DNA from: Hemiscyllium ocellatum
Taxonomy: Eukaryota
Direction of reading: 5' to 3'
DNA length: 64,000 bases
Assembly (NCBI RefSeq): GCF_020745735.1
Contig: NC_083417.1
Coordinates: 72,478,001-72,542,000, forward strand
Each line of letters starts with the position of its first letter. Position 1 is the stretch's first letter. This document shows, in pieces, positions 26,723-38,269 of this stretch. Below the pieces are notes generated by a model. The model was not told where the DNA came from, did not search any database, and saw only the letters and a program-made list of their open reading frames with translations. Both the position numbers and the translations under genes were made by a program.

Positions 26723-26777
26723 ATGTTAGCACTTGATCTGTTGAATTACCTTTCGACATTAGGCATTATTTACATAG
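26723..26777 (+). CDS. Gene C exon 1: signal peptide of IgSF V-C1-TM-ITIM receptor
   Basis: ATG at 26723, MLALDLLNYLSTLGIIYI, then G|GTATAT phase-1 donor. A 181-bp intron joins it in frame to the V exon. Confidence 0.75.
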
Positions 26778-26958
26778 GTATATGCATTTAAGACTTTCGG
26801 ATCAGTAGAAGTGGAATAAGAACTGTGTGACGATCGCTGATACTTAATGTTTATTGTAGTTTCCGCTTTAATTACATTATACAATAACGGTTTTATTTCT
26901 ATTTAATGCTCTTGAATTATCACTGTTGATAATCTCTGTTTGTGCTCATTTCTGACAG

Positions 26959-27282
26959 CCTCAGACACTGTGACCCCTTTCTCCTTGCATCAGGTCCCAC
27001 AGCGTGTGACCGGAGTGAAAGGCGAAAACATTTCCATTAATTGCTCTGTGTCTTTATTCATTCGGAATGCAAAATTAGATGTTTATTGGTGGAAGAAAGG
27101 GCAACGCTCAACTTTTAGTATGACGAGAGAGAAAACGAAAATAGCAATGCCTTTTCACCAAGGATTTTCCGAGTTCCACCTGATCAATGTGAGTTTTCAA
27201 GATTCTGGGGTTTATTACTGCAGCGTTAAAAAAGGGCCAGGAATGAGGTCTAATGGCACTGGGACTGAGGTCACAGTATACG
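26959..27282 (+). CDS. Gene C exon 2: germline-joined VJ-type Ig V domain
   Basis: Acceptor tttctgacag|CC, donor G|GTAAGT, 324 nt phase 1-1, open. Motifs GENISINC, VYWWKKG, NVSFQDSGVYYC and J-like SNGTGTEVTV. No RSS seen between the V and J parts. Confidence 0.95.
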
Positions 27283-27924
27283 GTAAGTGATACTGAGGAG
27301 CTAAAGGGCTCTTTGAAATTAATCAGCGAATACCAGCGAATAAGCAAATGAAAATGTCTCTCTATGCTCATCTCTCATTGTATTTGCAGCGAATGTTTTC
27401 TGGTGAAATAGCCGCATTTATTGCAGGAGTGATCACATTTGAATGCCAGACTTAACCAATAATTTCTTTCTGAGGGATTATGTATATATTTTTGAAGCAC
27501 CCCTTTTTAATGATTTTCTTCGGCTGAGTAATGTCGGCATTGCCACTGTTGGTTTCTTACCATTTGAGAGAGTTTCTTTTTCTTCCCATTTCCCAATGCC
27601 TCCTTCCAACATGATTGAAATTGTAATCCTAAAGCAATAAACAATATGTAATATATTTCTAAGACATAATAGTGCCTGACCTGAAAGGGGTTTGTGGTCC
27701 TGGTCTGCTCATGAGGATGTTGTCCTTTTGTTTCCAAGTTACAGTACTTTTATGATGGTTGATGCAAAACGCTACGGACTCTAGTGGTGCAGCGGTAGTA
27801 TCCTTACCTTTGAGACAGGATATGACTTTCCAGCATCTGCTGTCATTACTATCACCATTGAGGCATGCAGCTTTGGTTCAAGTCCCACCTGTTCCAGAGG
27901 TATATAATAATATTCCAGTGCAGG

Positions 27925-28150
27925 GAGGAGAAACTGAGGACTACAGATGCTGGGGATCAGAGTCGAGAGTGTAAAAGCACAGCAGGCGAGACAGCATCTG
28001 CTCGCTAGGAGAAAGTGAGGACTGCAGATGCTGGAGGTCAGAGCTAAAAAATGTGTTGCTGGAAAGGCGTAGCAGGTCAGGCAGTGTCTAAGGAGCAGGA
28101 GAATCGACATTTCAGCCCTTCTTCAAGAATTCTGCCCAAAACTTCGATTC
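27925..28150. repeat. Penelope-derived tail / inverted element in gene C intron 2
   Basis: aaagtgaggactgcagatgctgga...ggagcaggagaatcg...cgattctcctg; the head motif is duplicated. Confidence 0.65.
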
Positions 28151-28420
28151 TCCTGGTCCTGCATTACAAGTGTGGTCTACCAAAGTTTTATAGAGCAGCA
28201 ACAAGATCTCACGGCTCTTAAACTCAATCACCCTGTTAACGAAAGCCAAAACACCATATGCTTTCTTAACAACCCTGTCCACCTCGGTGGCAATTATAAG
28301 GGATTTATGTACCTGCACACCAAGATCCCGCTGTTCCTCCACACTGCCAAAAATCCTGTCTTTAATCTTGTACTCAACTTTCCAGTTCAACCTTCCAAAA
28401 TGCATGACCTCGCATTTATC
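28150..28420 (-). mobile_element. CR1 fragment in gene C intron 2
   Basis: MHFGR...EQRDLGVQVH.SL...VDRVVKKAYGVLAF. Confidence 0.85.
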
Positions 28421-28576
28421 CAGGTTGATAGCAGGTCAGGCAAAATCCGAGGAGCAGGAGAATTGACATTCCGGGCATAAGCCCTCCATCATCCAGTGCC
28501 ACACTTTTTGACTTCAAACGCTTCAATCTAAAAATCACACAACACCAGTTTATAATCCAGCAGGTATATTTAGAAA

Positions 28577-28611
28577 CACTAGCTTTCGGAGTGTTGCTCC
28601 TTCATTAGGTG
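28577..28611 (-). ncRNA. Hammerhead motif of the same family, core mutated
   Basis: cac-CTAATGA-A-GGAGcaacaCTCC-GAA-AGCT-A-gtg; G5 changed to A. Confidence 0.55.
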
Positions 28612-28786
28612 GTTATGAGGTATAAGATCCTAAGACACAGAATTGACACAGACACTTCAAGCTAGTTATGGTGATTGAAACTCCAGCTCAGAAATGATCT
28701 GCCTTCCAGGTAGGTAGTCGTGCTTCTGTTGTCTTTGGAATGGCATGAAACGTGTTTTAAACTTATTTCCTTTGGCTTATTCACAG

Positions 28787-29068
28787 TGCCTCCAACTCCA
28801 ATAACGATTACTCGACTGTCCTCTCAATTCCTCACACTTCTCTGTACGACAGCTAGCTTCTTCCCAGAAGAATTTAACCTCACCTGGTATGAAAATGACA
28901 GAATAATTACATCTGGAATAAATACTACAAAGTTTCAGGAAAGGGAGGGATTACATCAAGTTTCCAGCTCCTTATATCCTGTGGAGATCGGGTTAGTTTA
29001 TACCTGCCAAGTTTCTCATGTTTCACTGGTGGACCCAGCCAATGACAGCTACTTGGTTTCAGATCAGG
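28787..29068 (+). CDS. Gene C exon 3: Ig C1-set domain
   Basis: ttattcacag|TG to G|GTAAGA, 282 nt phase 1-1, open. C1 motifs LLCTTASFFPEEFNLTWY and YTCQVSH. Confidence 0.95.
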
Positions 29069-30123
29069 GTAAGAGTCTCAGCTTCTTCATATTCCCCTGA
29101 ACTATAATTTGTTAGATTTAACAGGGCAATATTAGCACTCTGTCTCCAATAATCTGCAACATAACTTAAAGTAATTACATGATTGGCAAGAGATTGACTT
29201 CAAGCTTTTTTAAAAAAATCATTGGATAGCATGGAAGGAAGCCATTTTGTTTATTTTACATTGTCATGTTCTTTGTCATGCTATTCTATTTGGCCCTCGC
29301 ATCCACTTCATCGCAATAAATTCTCCCTTTAGTTTTTATTCCAATTTTTTTTCAAATGTGATCATTGAAACATCTTTCCTGCTTTTAGAAAAAAGATTCC
29401 AGATTATAACACACTATATAAGTAGAGCTTCCTCCATTCCCTTGCCAAATGTTGCCTGTTTGTGTGCCAATTACTCTAAATACACATCTTTGAATAACCA
29501 ACCATTCCACCGCTCTTTTTCTACACTGTATTTAAATATTGATTTTAAACACAGCTATATCAATTTGTCTTAATCATTGCAGCACCATGAAGAATAGTGC
29601 TGGCTTCTCCACTGATTTTACACAATGAAAATCCCTTGTGTCACTCTGGTATGTAGCTTTGTATATGCATATGCATGCCTATGTACTGTGAGGATATTCT
29701 GTTCTAACAACCTATTCAGATTCTATATTCTAGCCATGCTTAATTCCACTCTAATCCCCATTATTCTTCAGAATCAAATGCACCCCTTTATTTTAAAAAT
29801 CTATTCAACAAGACTCTTGCATTTTTTCAACATGTCTGTGTTTTGCATAAACAAATCTCACATGCATATAACATAAACAAAGTTAAACATGATAATTATG
29901 CTGAACAAAATGCTTAAATGATCAGAAAATTGAATTGTGTGTTCTTTAAACCAAGTTTGCTCAGTTAATACTGTCATCAAACCTCTGGATAAATGGAGAG
30001 TTTATTACATTGGTGAGAGACGATGGGTTTGATGTGTCAGAGGAGCCTGTTATCTGTTGTTGCATATTATTTAGCATCATTTGGTCTTTAAATGCGAATG
30101 TTTATATTCTCTATCATCTTTAG

Positions 30124-30237
30124 GTAAAAAAGGAAGTGGTTTCTCCTATGCCGTAGCATTAAGCTGGACAGCAGGATGTTTTCTAATTTTGGTTCTGGCA
30201 ATTGTTGTCAGGCAATACAAACTAGAGAGATCTCATG
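30124..30237 (+). CDS. Gene C exon 4: uncharged transmembrane segment
   Basis: catctttag|GT to G|GTAAGA, 114 nt phase 1-1. Encodes GKKGSGFSYAVALSWTAGCFLILVLAIVVRQYKLERSH. Confidence 0.88.
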
Positions 30238-30589
30238 GTAAGACTATGATTAAAAGTTGACTTAAAACATTAAGGGTACTGCAATGGTGCGGAAGTAAGG
30301 GGATAGGTTATTATATCAACAGGCCACTGTAATGAGATAGTTTACCATACTGATATGGCTCATCAGGATAACTTCAACAAACAATAACTGAATTGTCAGG
30401 TTTTTTTGTGATAAATGAGAATGAGAAATAGAATGAGTATGTTAAATACCTTTGAGGCTGGATTGACGAAAAAAGACACAACAACTATGAGTCAGAAAAA
30501 ACAAATCAGCAAAGCAAGACAGAAATATTTCAGTTACTCAACGGATCAGACAACATCAATGAGATAAAAGCAGAGGTAATACTTCAAGA

Positions 30590-31510
30590 TGTGAACATAG
30601 GAGGTATGATTAGTAAATTGCAGATGACACCAAAATTGGAGGTGTGGTGGACAGTGAAGAAGGTTACCTCAGAGTACGATGGAATCTTGATCAGAGGGGC
30701 CAAAGGCTCAAGGAGTGATAGATGAAGTTTAATTTAGATAACTGTGAGCTGCTGCACATTGGAAAGGCAAATCAGGCAGGTCTATACATTTAATGTTAAA
30801 TTCCTGGGGAGTGTCGCTGAACAAAGAGACCTTGGAGTGCAGGTCCATAGTTCCTTGAAAGTGGAGTTGCAGGTAGATAGCATGGTGAAGAAGGTGTTTG
30901 ATATGCTTGCCTTTCACGTCAGAGTATTGTGTATAGGAGTTGGGAAGATATGTTGCAGCTCTGTGGGACATTGGTTAGACCATTTTTGGAATAGAGTGTG
31001 CAGTTTTGATCTCCCTGCTATAGTAAGGGCATCCTGAAATTTGAAAGTGTTCATAAGAGGTTTACAAGGATTTTGCTAGGTTGGCGGGTTTGAGTTCTCA
31101 GGAGAGGCTGAATAGACTGGGACTACTTTCTCTGGAGTATCAGAAGCTGTGGCCCTTACAGTAGTTTATAAAATGATGTGGGGATAACAGACAAGATTTT
31201 TTTCCCAAGGGTTCAGGAGTCCAAAGCAAGCTGGCATTGTTCTAAGGTGAGAAGTGAAATATTTAAAAGGGACCTAAGGAGCACGTTTTAATGCAGAGAG
31301 TGGTGCATGTATGGAATGAGCTGCCTGAGGAGGTGGAACAATTGCACCATTTAAAAGGAATTTGGATGGGTATATGAATAGAAAGGGTATGGAGGTATAT
31401 GGGCCAAATGCTGGCAAATGGAACTAAATATTTAGGATATCTAGTCAGCATGGAAGAGTTGAACTGAAGGGTTTGTTTCTGTGCTGTATATCTTTTGGAC
31501 ACTATGACTG
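30590..31510 (+). mobile_element. CR1 3' portion in gene C intron 4
   Basis: EQRDLGVQVHSSLKV and WNELPEEV. Confidence 0.88.
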
Positions 31511-31808
31511 TATGACACATTTTTAGAACATTAACTCTGTTTTCATTTCCACAAATAATGTCTGACCTGCTAAATATTTCCAGCAAATTCTGTTTTTATG
31601 TAATACTTCCAGCATCTACTGTATTTTACTTTTGCGAGCAACATGACATGTAAAATTGATCACATCTCAACCAGCGATAGAATTGGGTATTTTTTTAATT
31701 GGTGATTATGCTGCTCATACTTTGCTCAAAGTTTGGGTTTTATCCTTTTTTCACAGACATACCTGACATTTTGAAATTCATTATTGGTGTAAATTTGTTC
31801 TGTGGCAG

Positions 31809-31852
31809 GTGATACAGTTGCTGAGGAAATTGACAGCCAGGTTGAGGAGCAG
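31809..31852 (+). CDS. Gene C exon 5: 44-nt cytoplasmic exon
   Basis: tgttctgtggcag|GT to CAG|GTCAGT. Encodes GDTVAEEIDSQVEEQ. It gives exactly the phase 1-to-0 change needed to keep exon 6 in frame. Confidence 0.75.
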
Positions 31853-32444
31853 GTCAGTTTGGTCTGTTTTTATAAAACCCAGGCGACTTTTGCAATGCAC
31901 TTAATGCTTTCACCTGTTGCAGGTATATCTAGTTTCCTGGTATGTCAGAAAATCACCAACTAATTGTGGAAAATGTGCCAAACATAATTCATTCATGGAA
32001 CTCTCAGGATCCTGAGGGAATATTATAAATGCTGTTGTTGACAGTGGTCTTTTCCACTGCTCATTCGGCATTTATCAAAATTCTTTACAAGGTATAGTCT
32101 GCATAATTTTGTAATAAGATTGATTCTCCCACCCGCTAATGTTTGAACGGCTGCTGAGTGTTGACTGCTGCTGCTCTGTATCAGGGATTTGACTCTGTGC
32201 CTTGGTTCAGAGCTTTCGCAGAAAAATGCATCTTCGAAATTAAGCAAACTCGGAACTTGAATGTCCAATAAGCAGGAGGTGGACATACGCCAATCCTTAC
32301 CCCATCTGGTCAAGATGCGGAATGTAACTGTGAATTAGAAGTAGCATTCAGATAAATGACATCAGCTCAAAGTTAGTGGTCTCAATTGTCCTCAGTAGAA
32401 AATTATTGATTGGCCAATGTCATTTAAGGAGCAAAAAGCAGATA

Positions 32445-32605
32445 TTGCTGGGAAAAATTCAGCAGGTTTGGCAGCATCTGTGGAGAGGAAACAGAGTTAA
32501 TGTTTCAGGTTGAGTGACCCTCCTTTGGAACTTTTCAAAACTTGTTCAGAAGGGTCACTGGACCTGAAACATTAACTGTTTTTTGTTACAGATGCTGCCA
32601 GGCAA
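32445..32605. repeat. Inverted-repeat element, gaagggtc hammerhead family
   Basis: ttaatgtttcaggt..gtgaccct / agggtcac..acctgaaacattaa arms around a 12-nt spacer. Confidence 0.7.
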
Positions 32606-34290
32606 GGGTCAGACAGGGTTTTGGAGAGTTATAAGGTGGCCAGGAAGGAAATTTACATAGATTCCTGAACGTTCCAATACAGGTTGATAGGATTGTTAAA
32701 AAGCATACGGTGTCTGAGCTTTTATTAGTAGAGGGATTGAGTTTCAGAGTCAGAAGGTCATGCTGCAGCTGTTCAAAACTCTGGTGCCTCTGCACTTGGA
32801 GTATTGCATTAGTTCTCGTCACTGCATTGTAGGAAGGCTGTGAAAGCTTTGGAATGGGTTCAGAGTTGACTTTCTAGGATGTTGCCTGGTATGGAAGGGA
32901 GGTCTTATGAGGAAAGACTGAGGCACTTGAAGCTATTTTCATTCAAGAGAAGAAGACAGTGAGGTGACTGAATTGAGATGTATAAGATAGTTGGAGGGTT
33001 AGATAGGGGTGGACAGTGAAAGCCTTTTTCCTCAGATGGTGATGGCTAGCATGAGGGGACATAGCTGCAAATAGAGACGTGATCAATATAGGACAGATAT
33101 CAAAGGTAGTTTCTTTACTCAGAGTAGTAAGGGCATAGAATGCCCTGCCTGCCATTGTAGTAGACTCGCCAATTTGAAGGACATTTAAAAGGCCATTGGA
33201 TATGCATATGGATGAAAATGGAATAGTGTAAGGTAGATAGGGTTCAAGGATGTGGCTGAGCTGAGCTGGAATGTTCAGTTTCAGATGTTTCGTCACCATA
33301 CTAGGTAACTTTTTCCAGTGAGCATCCAGATAAAGCACTGGTGGTGTAGCCCGCTTTCTATTGATATGTTCAGGCTTCGTTTAATTGGTGATGTCATTTC
33401 CTATGGTGACATAATCTCCTATGGTGATGTCATTTCCTGTTCTTTTTCTCAAGGGTCCATAAATGGGATCCAAGTCAATGTGTTTGTTGTTAGGGTTATG
33501 GTTGGAATGCCATGCTTCTAGGAATTCTCGTGTGTGTCACTGTAGGCTTGTTTTTGGATGGATGTGTTGTCCCAGTCAAAGTAGTGTCCATCCTCATCCG
33601 TATGTGAGGATAGTAGTGAGAGTGTGTCATCTTTTTGTGGCTAGTTGATATTCACAAATCCTGTGGCTAGTTTTCTGCCTGTTTGTCCAATGTCATGTTT
33701 ATTACAGTTCTTGCAAGGTATTTTGTAAATAACATTAGTTTTGCTTGTTGTCAGTATCGGGTTTTTCAAGTTCATGAGCTGCTGTTTTAGTGTACTGGTA
33801 GGTTTCATGGGCAACCATGATACCAAGAGGTCTGAGTAGTTTGGCAGTCATTTACAAGGCGTCTTTGATGTAGGGAAGACATAGGGAAGACCATATTCAA
33901 ACTTTTCTCATTGAAGCGAAGAAGGATGAGAGGTGACTCAATAGAGGTGTTCAAGATGATGAGAGGCACAGATAGAGTGAATAGTCAAAGACTTTTCACT
34001 AGGGCAGAAACGGCTATCACAACGGGACATAATTTTAAGGTGATTGAAGGCAGGTTTAGAAGAGATGACAGAGAATGATTTCCACAGAATGATTGGTGCG
34101 TGGAATGCATGCCAGCGGTGCTACTAGAGTCAGATACAATAGGGACATTTGAGCGACTCATGGAAATGCACATGGATAATAGTAAAATGAAAGGTGTGTA
34201 GGTTAGTTTGATAGACGAATAGGATAAAAGGTCAGCAATGGGCCGAATGGCTGCACTGTACTGTACTGTTCTATGTTCCATGCTACCAAA
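32605..34290 (+). mobile_element. CR1 pieces (about 32605-33240 and 33890-34290) split by the Penelope fragment
   Basis: CR1 RT C-terminal motifs on both sides. Confidence 0.75.
33245..33880 (-). mobile_element. Penelope-like element 3' fragment with GIY-YIG endonuclease
   Basis: TNVIYKIPCKNCNKHDIGQTGRKLAT (33641-33826). A decayed hammerhead (GTTACC-tagtat-GGTGAC-GAAAC) follows at 33282-33320. Confidence 0.85.
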
Positions 34291-34497
34291 CCTGCTGAGT
34301 TTTTCTCACAATTATTGTTTTTATTTCTAATTTCTAGCATCAGCAGTTCTTTCATTTTCAGTTTATTTAATGCCATTCAAGCTCTGGGTGCTGTTTTTGC
34401 AGACCCCAAATATGTTTTGTTGTTGATATTTTCCTGAACTAATTTTGCTTTTGTTTCAATTTGATAAGTAACTAATATTCTCACAAATTCTCCACAG

Positions 34498-34641
34498 GTC
34501 ATCCATAAAGGAAAAGTGGAGGACCCAGCTTATGCTGATCTCCACTTCAATGAACACAGGAAAATGTGGAAACCCAGAAATGAGAAAGCGACTGTTGTTT
34601 ATACAAACATAAATTACCTTTCTGTCCAGGACCAATTCTGA
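34498..34641 (+). CDS. Gene C exon 6: cytoplasmic tail with ITIM-type motifs and stop
   Basis: aattctccacag|GTC, phase 0. Encodes VIHKGKVEDPAYADLHFNEHRKMWKPRNEKATVVYTNINYLSVQDQF*. VVYTNI fits the ITIM consensus and PAYADL is ITIM-like. Confidence 0.88.
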   Translation, partial: VIHKGKVEDPAYADLHFNEHRKMWKPRNEKATVVYTNINYLSVQDQF

Positions 34642-34814
34642 AACAGGTATGGGATAACAGCAACATGAATTAATTCATTGACTTGTGCAAGCAGTTAGTC
34701 ATTGAGTGTAGCTAAACTGAGTTAACTTTTGGAACCTGGTGAATGTCAGCGTTTTAAAGTTTAAGTTTAATAGTTAATCTCTTACTGAAGTCTAGCCTTG
34801 TTTACATTTGTAAT

Positions 34815-35720
34815 TTAGAGTCAGATAGGTCAGATACTGGCTCTTTGGCCCAACTCATCCATGCTGATCATGTTTCCTAAACTGAACTAGTCCTTACTTG
34901 CCCACATTTGGTCCGTATCTCTCTCAGCCTTTCATATTCACTTACTTGTCCAAATTTCTTTAAAATGTTGAAATTGTACTGCCCTCTACACTTCCTCCAG
35001 GAGATCATTCCTAATACGCACCAACTTCTATGAAAATGTTTCTCCTCAGAGCTATTTTTAATCTTTCCCCTCTCACTTTAAACCTATGCCCTCTAGTTTT
35101 GGACTCTGCTACCCTGGGGAAAAATACCTTGGCTATACACCTTATCTTTGCCCCTCATGATTTTACAAACCTCTATAAGGTCACCCCTCAGCATCCTACT
35201 TTGCAGGGAAAACAAAATTTGAGCCTATCCTGCATCTCCCTAGAACTCAATCCGAGTCTCTGTAACATCCTTGTAAATCTTTTTGCACCCTTTCGAGTTT
35301 CATAACATCCTTCCTATAGCAGGGCAACCAGAATTATACGCAGTACTCCAAATGCGGCCTATCCAAAGTTTTGAACAGCTGTAACATGACGTCACAAGTC
35401 CTGTAGTCATTGCTGTTACTGATGAAGGGGCAAGTGTACCAACTGTCATCTTCACAATTCCATCCACCTGTGACACCACTTTCAAGGAACAATGTTTTTG
35501 CACCGCTAGGTCTTTCTGTTTGAAAGCACTCCTCAGGGTCCTACAATTAACAGTGTAAGTCCTGCCCTGGTTTGTCTTACCAAAATTCAACAACTCACAT
35601 TTATGTGAATTAAATTGCATCTGTCATTCCTCAGCCCACTGGGTTGATCAAGATCCTGTAGTACTCTTAAGTAACCTTCTTCACTGTTCACTAAACCATA
35701 ATTTTGTTGTCATCCACAAA
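34815..35720 (-). mobile_element. CR1 3' portion
   Basis: MQFNSHKCELL.FG...KDLAVQ.H.SLKV. Confidence 0.85.
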
Positions 35721-35904
35721 CCTCTTAACCATACCATCAAATATCCCTCCAACTTACTATGAAAATGTATTCCTGTCTTGGGAATTAAGATGTTGTCCAT
35801 TGAAATGACTGCAGAATGTTAATTAGGTAGCTAGCATGAAATCAATTCTCTAACCAGCAATCTCATTTGCTTAGGTTTATACCTCGCATCAATGCAAATG
35901 GTCT

Positions 35905-36170
35905 TCTATGGGTGGCATGGTGGGTCAGTGGATAGCAACACCTCCTCACACTGCCAGGGACCAAGGTTCAATTACCGCTTCAGGCAACAGTCTGTGTGGA
36001 GTTTGCTCATTCTTCACATGCTTACTGGGGTTTCCTCCCACAGTCCAAGGATGTGCAGGTCAGGTGAATTGGCCATGCTAAATTGCCCATAGTGCTAGGT
36101 GCATTCATCAGAGGGTTACTCTTCAGAGGGTCAGTGTGGACTGGTTGGAATCTAACCTGAACTATGCAAG
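35905..36170 (+). mobile_element. HE1-like SINE
   Basis: ggtggcatggtgg.tcagtgg.tagca head and gaattggccatgctaaattgccc core. Confidence 0.8.
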
Positions 36171-36974
36171 CATAGGGACAGCAGCTCCTCATTAGATACA
36201 GTATGTGTACCTAGGAATGTAGAATGGGGAGGATATACTTTGCATTTAAATAAGAGCATAGTTTGCCAGATCCACTTTAGAATGCTACGACATAGCTAAA
36301 GGATTAATTGCATACTGAGAAAATCATTATATGCTGTTGGACAGCATCAGTTATATATTTGACAGATGAGTATTTTGTTAGCTTGTCTTCAGAGAATCAT
36401 GCAATTTGTGAGTCCATATAAGATTTTAAATGCACTTGTTTAGTTTACCAATAGGAGTAAACCTATTTGATCGGTTGTGACCTTATAATGAATAATGGTA
36501 GATTGATTAACAATAAGTAAATGTTGTATTGGGACTACGGAATGGTAGTTGCTAAGAAAATCAATGTGATTCAGAGAAAACACATCTTCTTTAATTGTAT
36601 GTAGCAAGAGGAGCTTTAAATTAGTTTTGATAAGCTGTAGGAAGAACTGCAGGTGCAGTGAAACTCAGTGATGGAGTAACTTACCTGGTAAAATTGTTTC
36701 GGGAGCAGTCGCATTCCTTCAGCTAAGAAGAATCTGAGAGGTTATCAGTTATCAATTATAAGATGCATTGCAGGTCAGAGGGCTGTGAGGAATCAATACG
36801 CAATGGTAGAAAGCCTTTGTCCTTGAAATTTGAGAACTGAGTCAATGAGAGAAAGACTGCAAGGTGGATGAGTGGACTGGCAACATGGAGATAAAAGGTT
36901 CTTCTTTTTGGGTTTAGACTTCATTACTTATGGAAGAGATGGATTCTGGTTGGATAGACTCAACACAAGGCGAA

Positions 36975-37200
36975 AATTAGGACTGCAGATGCTGGATGTT
37001 AGAGTCAAGACTGTGGTGCTGGAAAAGCACAACAGGCCAGGTAGCATCTGAGGAGCAGGGGAATTTTCGTTTCGGATAAAAGCCCATCGGGCTAACTGGC
37101 AGAACTGAGGATAGGTCACTCGACTGAAACTTTGACTCTATTTCTGTCCACAGATGCTGCCAGACCTGCTGAGATTTTCCTGCAATTTCTATTTTTGTCA
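36975..37200. repeat. Two different Penelope-tail families joined back to back
   Basis: The left arm is the gggcttttgccc family reversed. The right arm is ctgagga..ggtcactcgac.gaaac forward. Confidence 0.6.
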
Positions 37201-37445
37201 CTGTTCCGAAAGCTGAGGATAGATTAATCTAATTTCTAATTCTACTCTCGCTTTTAAAAGAAGAAGTATTTGTTACCTCACACTTCTTGTTTTACAGGCT
37301 GTTGGAGATAACTATGGTTGGGTAGGTATGCCTTTAAGCATGTTCATGTCAGTCTTATCTGGTTCTTTATGATGGCTGCATAATCTTAGTTTAGCTTTTC
37401 AAACAAATTTAAACGCTGAACTCACTTGATTTTTTTTTCATGGAT

Positions 37446-37486
<41 letters not shown>
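37446..37486. repeat. (GT)n(AT)n microsatellite
   Basis: Directly visible. Confidence 0.9.
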
Positions 37487-37488
<2 letters not shown>

Positions 37489-37519
37489 TCATGTCTATGT
37501 TTTGATTAGCTTGAATCGA

Positions 37520-37815
37520 CTTGAGGCAGCACAGTGGCACAGTGTTGGCATTGCTGCCTCCCAGCAGCAGGGACCCAGGTTCGATTCCCACCTTGCATGT
37601 TTTTTCCAAGTCTGTGTGATTTTCCTCCAGGTGCTCTGACTTCCTCCCACAATCCAAAGATGTGCAGGTCATGATAAATTGCCTATTATGTCTTAAGTGT
37701 ATTAGTCAGGGGTAAGTATAGGGGAGGGGAATTGGTCTGGGTGGGTTACTCTTCAGAGGGTTGGTGTGGACTTGTAGGGTCAAATGGAATATTTCCATAT
37801 TTAGGATTCTAATCT
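37520..37815 (+). mobile_element. HE1-like SINE
   Basis: ggcagcacagtggcacagtg head and ccaggttcgattcc B-box. Confidence 0.8.
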
Positions 37816-38269
37816 AATCAAATGTGTCACATTCCTGAACTGGTATTTAACTACCATGGAAACAAATTTAGCCCATCCTGAAACATTTCCATTAGTTGTA
37901 GGCAAATTGGTTAAGTCGTACTTTGTAAAACCTTTGATTTTTGAGGTAAAAGTTCTGAAATCACTTATTGTTTACAATGTTTTATTAACGAAAAGCAGAT
38001 CTTTTGGCATGTAACTTTGCCAATCAGACCCTGATTTAATGAATCCACGGTAAAGCTTTAGCTACAAAAGGAATCAATTATTCTGCAAGGGGAATGCTAT
38101 CTAATCATTCATTATGTAATTGTTGTCCAAGTTACATTTTTAACTCACAGATCATTGAGTTGAATGACCTGCTATAAGTGCTGTAAGTTAAGATTTCAAT
38201 CTTTTTAATGTATTTTATACTTATACATTTCATTTCAATTTGATTTATACTTAAAAAGTAGTAACCTAC

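Noticed and set aside
26959-29068. Rearranging TCR/Ig locus (V, J, C segments)
   Set aside because: V and J-like parts are in one exon, no heptamer/nonamer RSS or J array was seen, and the gene has an ITIM tail.
36685-36722. 38-nt minus-strand micro-exon (ag|CT...CAG|GTAAGT, phase 1 to 0)
   Set aside because: Good splice sites but no neighbouring exons or homology; such matches occur by chance.
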